Origin: a virus
Taxonomy: Duplodnaviria > Caudoviricetes
DNA: 63,574 nt
Strand: one strand, 5' to 3'
IMG/VR virus record: IMGVR_UViG_3300048672_000387
Span: 1-63,574 of that record
Of the stretch, positions 59,670 through 63,574 are shown piece after piece (within the stretch, counting starts at the first letter, position 1; each line of letters starts with the position of its first letter). The notes beneath the pieces are model-generated. The model saw only the letters and a list, made by a program, of their open reading frames with translations. It ran no database searches and had not been told where the DNA came from. Made by a program: the position numbers and the translations under genes.

Positions 59670-60101
59670 ATGGAAACAACAAAAAAATCATTAAAAGACA
59701 GAATTTTAGCTATTTTAAAATTAGATGAAGCAGGAAAAGTAGGATCATTTTTAGAAAAACAAGTTAAATTAATTAACAAATCAATTGTAGTTCATCAAAA
59801 AAACTTAGAAAAATTTATTTCTAATGTTAAAGAAGAAATTGAACAGTTTGAAGAAAAATTAGAAGATGCTAAAGAAGCATTGGAGGAAGCTTATACTGCT
59901 ATTACATTAGAAGATGTACATAACAATGAAGCAATGAATTCATTTAGTAGTTATTATTGGGATAACATTGTTGCAAAAGAAGAAGTAATTGAAAAATTAA
60001 ATGATAAAATTGCAAAATGTAAAGAAACAATTGAAAAAGAAACAGAACGTGTTAATAAATCAATTGCTACAATGAAAACTCATTTAGAAAAAATATCTTA
60101 A
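59670..60101 (+). CDS. Coiled-coil protein
   Basis: E/K-rich heptads. Confidence 0.65.
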   Translation: METTKKSLKDRILAILKLDEAGKVGSFLEKQVKLINKSIVVHQKNLEKFISNVKEEIEQFEEKLEDAKEALEEAYTAITLEDVHNNEAMNSFSSYYWDNIVAKEEVIEKLNDKIAKCKETIEKETERVNKSIATMKTHLEKIS

Positions 60102-60120
60102 TATTTAGTTGGTTTGTTAT

Positions 60121-60152
60121 AACTCCTATTGCAGAAATGTAATAGGAGTTTT
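60121..60152 (+). terminator. Intrinsic terminator (GAAA loop)
   Basis: AACTCCTATTGCA-GAAA-TGTAATAGGAGTT followed by TT. Confidence 0.8.
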
Positions 60153-60164
60153 AAATAAAATAAT

Positions 60165-60434
60165 ATGGAACAATTAATTAAAGGACAATGGTATAAAAGA
60201 ACAGATGTAATACTTGAAAATTATTTAAAATATATTAAACCTATAAAATTAGATTTACAAAATAATGAATTTAAATATATTTATTCTATATATGAAACAA
60301 AAGGATATTTAAATAATAATAAAATAAAAATTTGTACAGCTAATAATTTTATACCAATAGATATATCAGAAATAGCTCATTTATTACCTAAAAATCATTC
60401 AGATTTATTAAACAAAATATATGAATTATGGTAA
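60165..60434 (+). CDS. Small protein of the YELW-tail family
   Basis: Ends KIYELW*. Confidence 0.7.
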   Translation: MEQLIKGQWYKRTDVILENYLKYIKPIKLDLQNNEFKYIYSIYETKGYLNNNKIKICTANNFIPIDISEIAHLLPKNHSDLLNKIYELW

Positions 60435-60481
60435 TTCGTTAAATAAATTAAAACAAAACAATTAAAAATAAAATAAAAATC

Positions 60482-60958
60482 ATGGCAAAAAAAGAAACAA
60501 CAGCAGTAGCAACAGTAGGTTCAGGAATTGAATTAACACCAGCAAATGTAACATCAACTATTAATGATTTAAAAGCTAAATTACAATCATTAAGAAGTTC
60601 AGCACCAGAAGCAGTATCATTAGATATTGATTATAATGGTACAACAATTAAAAATGTAACTAAAGTATCAGAATTATTAGAAATTTCTGCATCAATTCAT
60701 GCTAGATCAGCAGCTTATGATGCTGAAATTGAAAGATTTAACCTTAAAGGTAAAGTAAAAGCTTTTAGTCATTCAGAAAAAACAGTAGCTCAATGGGAAG
60801 AAATTATTGAAAAAGCTATATTTGAGCTTGTTAATAAAAAACAAATTGAGCAAATTGAAAGTGCTATTAAGAAACTTTCTAAATTTGAAGATGAAAAAAC
60901 TCAACTTCAAAGAGAATTTGATAGCATTGTAGGTAATGCTTCAGAATTATTATCATAA
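60482..60958 (+). CDS. Coiled-coil protein
   Basis: Helical 158-aa ORF with A-rich start region. Confidence 0.7.
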   Translation: MAKKETTAVATVGSGIELTPANVTSTINDLKAKLQSLRSSAPEAVSLDIDYNGTTIKNVTKVSELLEISASIHARSAAYDAEIERFNLKGKVKAFSHSEKTVAQWEEIIEKAIFELVNKKQIEQIESAIKKLSKFEDEKTQLQREFDSIVGNASELLS

Positions 60959-60964
60959 TTAACT

Positions 60965-61002
60965 AAGTCCTGTCTATTAATTTAGGCAGGACTTTAATTT
61001 TT
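60965..61002 (+). terminator. Intrinsic terminator
   Basis: AAGTCCTGTCTA-ttaatt-TAGGCAGGACTT followed by a T-rich tail. Confidence 0.75.
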
Positions 61003-61008
61003 AAAAAT

Positions 61009-61236
61009 ATGAATAAAAAAGAAATTTTAAAAATTGCTAAACAAAAATATCCTATTGGATGTGTAATTGATAGTTTAGGAGGTTGTTATAATTATAAACT
61101 TGATGAAAAAATGTATATTGAACATCCTATAAAATGGTCAAATCAAGATATTTGTGGATATGGAGTTACTTTATACAATAACGGTAAATGGGCAAAAATA
61201 ATAAGTACACCAATTAAATGTTATGAATTATGGTAA
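61009..61236 (+). CDS. Small protein of the YELW-tail family
   Basis: Ends KCYELW*; AKQKYPIG module. Confidence 0.7.
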   Translation: MNKKEILKIAKQKYPIGCVIDSLGGCYNYKLDEKMYIEHPIKWSNQDICGYGVTLYNNGKWAKIISTPIKCYELW

Positions 61237-61439
61237 CAGAAAAAGATTTATATACTGGATTACAATTTAAACATATAAAAGATAAAAATACTATATATTC
61301 TTTAGATTTAACTAAACAAGAAAATATTATTTGGTATAATGGAGATGTAAGATTTTCTATACAAGCTATATGTGATAATATTAATAGTGGTGTTTGGAAA
61401 TTAGTTAAACCTATTAATAAAATATATGAAACATGGTAA
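61230..61439 (+). CDS. Small protein of the YELW-tail family
   Basis: Ends KIYETW*. Confidence 0.7.
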   Translation: MVTEKDLYTGLQFKHIKDKNTIYSLDLTKQENIIWYNGDVRFSIQAICDNINSGVWKLVKPINKIYETW

Positions 61440-61690
61440 ATAACTTTCCAACAGTAGGGTATACAGAATTTAATAAAATTGTATATGATAAACTAAAATA
61501 TTTATATAAATTAAAAAATTTAGATTTAAAAGATTTTGATTATTATAATAAAATACCTAAAAAATATATTGCTTGGAATATGAGCCAAAATACCGGATTT
61601 GTTGATTTATATTTTTGTAATAAAAGCGCTAAAACGTATTATACTTTAGAACAATTAATGTTAACAGAAAGGATTTACGAATTATGGTAG
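61433..61690 (+). CDS. Small protein of the YELW-tail family
   Basis: Ends RIYELW*. Confidence 0.7.
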   Translation: MVNNFPTVGYTEFNKIVYDKLKYLYKLKNLDLKDFDYYNKIPKKYIAWNMSQNTGFVDLYFCNKSAKTYYTLEQLMLTERIYELW

Positions 61691-62946
61691 ATCAAAATAG
61701 TCCAAGAACTTTATGGCAAAAACAAGTTATAAATAAATGGATAAATAATTGTAAAGCAAGAGGTTACACTGAAATTTGTACTGGAGCTGGTAAAAGTTAT
61801 ATTGGTATTTTAGCTATTAAATTGTGTAATGAAAGACATTCAACTAAACAAATAAATGTAATTGTTCCGACCACTGTATTAAAAGAAGCCTGGACTGATG
61901 AAAAAAAAGGACATATTAAATTACATAATTTAAAAAATGTAAATGTTTATGTAGTAAATACTTATGTAAAAACTAAACATGAATGTGCTTTGTTATTGTT
62001 AGATGAATGTCAACATTATACTAATGAAAACTCTAAAACTTTTAATAAAGTAATTGCTAATACTACATTTAATTGGATATTATGTTTAACTGCTACTTTA
62101 GAAAAAGAACATAAAGATTTTCTTAATGCTAGAAATATTACATTAATTGAAAAGTTTACAGCTCAACAAGGTGTAGATGCAGGTTGGTTAAGTCCTTATA
62201 AAGTTTTATGTGTACCTATTGAATTAGATGAATCTGATAGAGAAAGGTATGAAACTTTAAACAAAAATTATTACAAATACGGAAGTCCTTTTAGTAATGG
62301 TTATTCTATTGATTTTAAAGTAGCAATGGCGTGTATGAAAAAAGGAGAAACTTTAACTAATTATGCAAATTCTTTAAAATGGGAAGAACAAAAACTTAAA
62401 ATCATGGCTATTCAATGGAATTTAGCTATGCAACAAAGAAAACAATTTCTTTACCATATAGAATCTAAAATAAATGCTGCTATTGAAATTACTAAAAAAC
62501 TTCAAATGCAATCTATACTTTTTGGTCAATCTATTGTTGGTGCAGATAAAATATCTGAAGCATTAGGTGATGAATGTGTTAAATATCATTCTAAAATGAC
62601 TAAAAAACAAGCTAAAGAAAATCTAAAAAAGTTAAAAGATGGTAGAACTAAAGTAAAATATATATCTTCAGCTAAAGGATTAGAAGAAGGTTTTGATTTA
62701 CCAAATCTTCAATTAGGTATAACTTGGAGTCGTACTTCTAAAGCTCTTAGAGCTACTCAAATTACAGGAAGGTTACTTAGATATTACCCAGGTAAAATAG
62801 CTTATATGATAGAGCTTTATGTGCCAGCTACACAAGATTTGAAATGGCTTCAAACTTCACTTAAAGGACAAAAGAATGTTTTTTGGTTATCTAACATAGA
62901 CCAAGTATATCAAATAATTAACCAAGATAAAGAAAAACTAATATGA
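61684..62946 (+). CDS. Superfamily 2 DExH helicase (ResIII/XPB-like)
   Basis: CTGAGKS, LLLDECQH, LTATL, EEGFDLP and QITGRLLR motifs. Confidence 0.9.
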   Translation: MVDQNSPRTLWQKQVINKWINNCKARGYTEICTGAGKSYIGILAIKLCNERHSTKQINVIVPTTVLKEAWTDEKKGHIKLHNLKNVNVYVVNTYVKTKHECALLLLDECQHYTNENSKTFNKVIANTTFNWILCLTATLEKEHKDFLNARNITLIEKFTAQQGVDAGWLSPYKVLCVPIELDESDRERYETLNKNYYKYGSPFSNGYSIDFKVAMACMKKGETLTNYANSLKWEEQKLKIMAIQWNLAMQQRKQFLYHIESKINAAIEITKKLQMQSILFGQSIVGADKISEALGDECVKYHSKMTKKQAKENLKKLKDGRTKVKYISSAKGLEEGFDLPNLQLGITWSRTSKALRATQITGRLLRYYPGKIAYMIELYVPATQDLKWLQTSLKGQKNVFWLSNIDQVYQIINQDKEKLI

Positions 62947-63209
62947 TAGAAATAAATAAATATTATTTAACTAAAAGATCTACTCAAGATTTAATTAAAA
63001 TTGTAAGCATTGAAAAAGAAAATTTAAAAGTTATTTATATAGGCTATGAACATATAGGAATATGTAATTTAAATAAAGATTTTGTAATTGTTAAGTCAAT
63101 AGAAGGAATAGATTTATTAAATGAATATTTAAATTTTAAAATAAAAAGTTTTAATTTATTGTTATTAAGTCAATTAAAAGAATTAAAAATAAAACAATGC
63201 AAGAATTAA
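62943..63209 (+). CDS. Hypothetical protein
   Basis: ORF overlapping the helicase stop. Confidence 0.55.
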   Translation: MIEINKYYLTKRSTQDLIKIVSIEKENLKVIYIGYEHIGICNLNKDFVIVKSIEGIDLLNEYLNFKIKSFNLLLLSQLKELKIKQCKN

Positions 63210-63574
63210 TAGCTTACAACAAATGGTTAATTGATAATAATGAAAGGTTTTTTCAAGAATATTTAAATAGTTTACCTAAAAATGCAGAAATATTTAAAAC
63301 TAAATTAGATTTAAATCTACAAAATATTATTAATTATGCTTATGATTTATATGAAATACCTTTACAATTAAGAAATATTGTATTAGAAAATAGAATGAGA
63401 GAAAGTAATGAACTTTCTAACGCTAAATCAATGGTTGTCAATTATATTTTGAACAACAACATTAAGCCTTATGATTATAAAACTATTTATGATAAATTAT
63501 TTGGTTATAAAACTAATAGAACTACTTCTTTAAAAGCTAAAAGTAAAAAATTTGAAATAGAAGAACCTGTTAAA
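63197..63574 (+). CDS. Hypothetical protein, 3'-truncated by window edge
   Basis: MQELIAYNKWLIDNNERFFQ... is open to the end of the window. Confidence 0.55.
   Translation, partial: MQELIAYNKWLIDNNERFFQEYLNSLPKNAEIFKTKLDLNLQNIINYAYDLYEIPLQLRNIVLENRMRESNELSNAKSMVVNYILNNNIKPYDYKTIYDKLFGYKTNRTTSLKAKSKKFEIEEPVK

Noticed and set aside
60410-61690. CRISPR array or integron attC array from the TATGAATTATGGTA repeats
   Set aside because: Repeats are short, irregularly spaced, in-frame coding and non-palindromic; no cas or integrase gene in the window.
63197-63574. DnaA domain IV-like assignment for the last ORF
   Set aside because: Only a vague resemblance, and the ORF is truncated.

Overview
AT-rich 63.6-kb segment of a crAss-like (Crassvirales-type) podophage. 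Its host is probably Bacteroidetes/Flavobacteria, given repeated TAnnTTTG host-sigma promoters and A-rich start regions without Shine-Dalgarno motifs. The standard genetic code is used. Layout: (1) 1-820 (+), end of a nucleotide-metabolism operon with dUTPase. (2) 950-52233 (-), the late/virion module: intein-split large terminase, portal, scaffold-like protein, major capsid, tail ring/tube/stabilisation proteins, SGNH tail fibre, lysis cassette, ejected cargo proteins, and a 4265-aa virion RNA polymerase fused to an SF1 helicase and a zincin domain. (3) A strand switch at ~52.3-52.7 kb. (4) 52737-63574 (+), a probable early region of small ORFs with a dense non-coding RNA cluster: a tmRNA with a ~30-aa tag, three aberrant tRNA-like elements, a ~200-nt stem-closed RNA and a hairpin array. 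This region also has an HNH endonuclease, small shuffled-domain proteins ending in YE[LT]W, and an SF2 helicase. Best novelty candidates: tRNA-like elements that may punctuate ncRNA processing, the YELW-tailed module family with its concatenated paralog, a terminator/anti-terminator RNA switch at 20.4-20.5 kb, and helicase plus nuclease domains in the ejected RNAP proteins. All calls come from reading the sequence and recalling protein families; no database searches were run.
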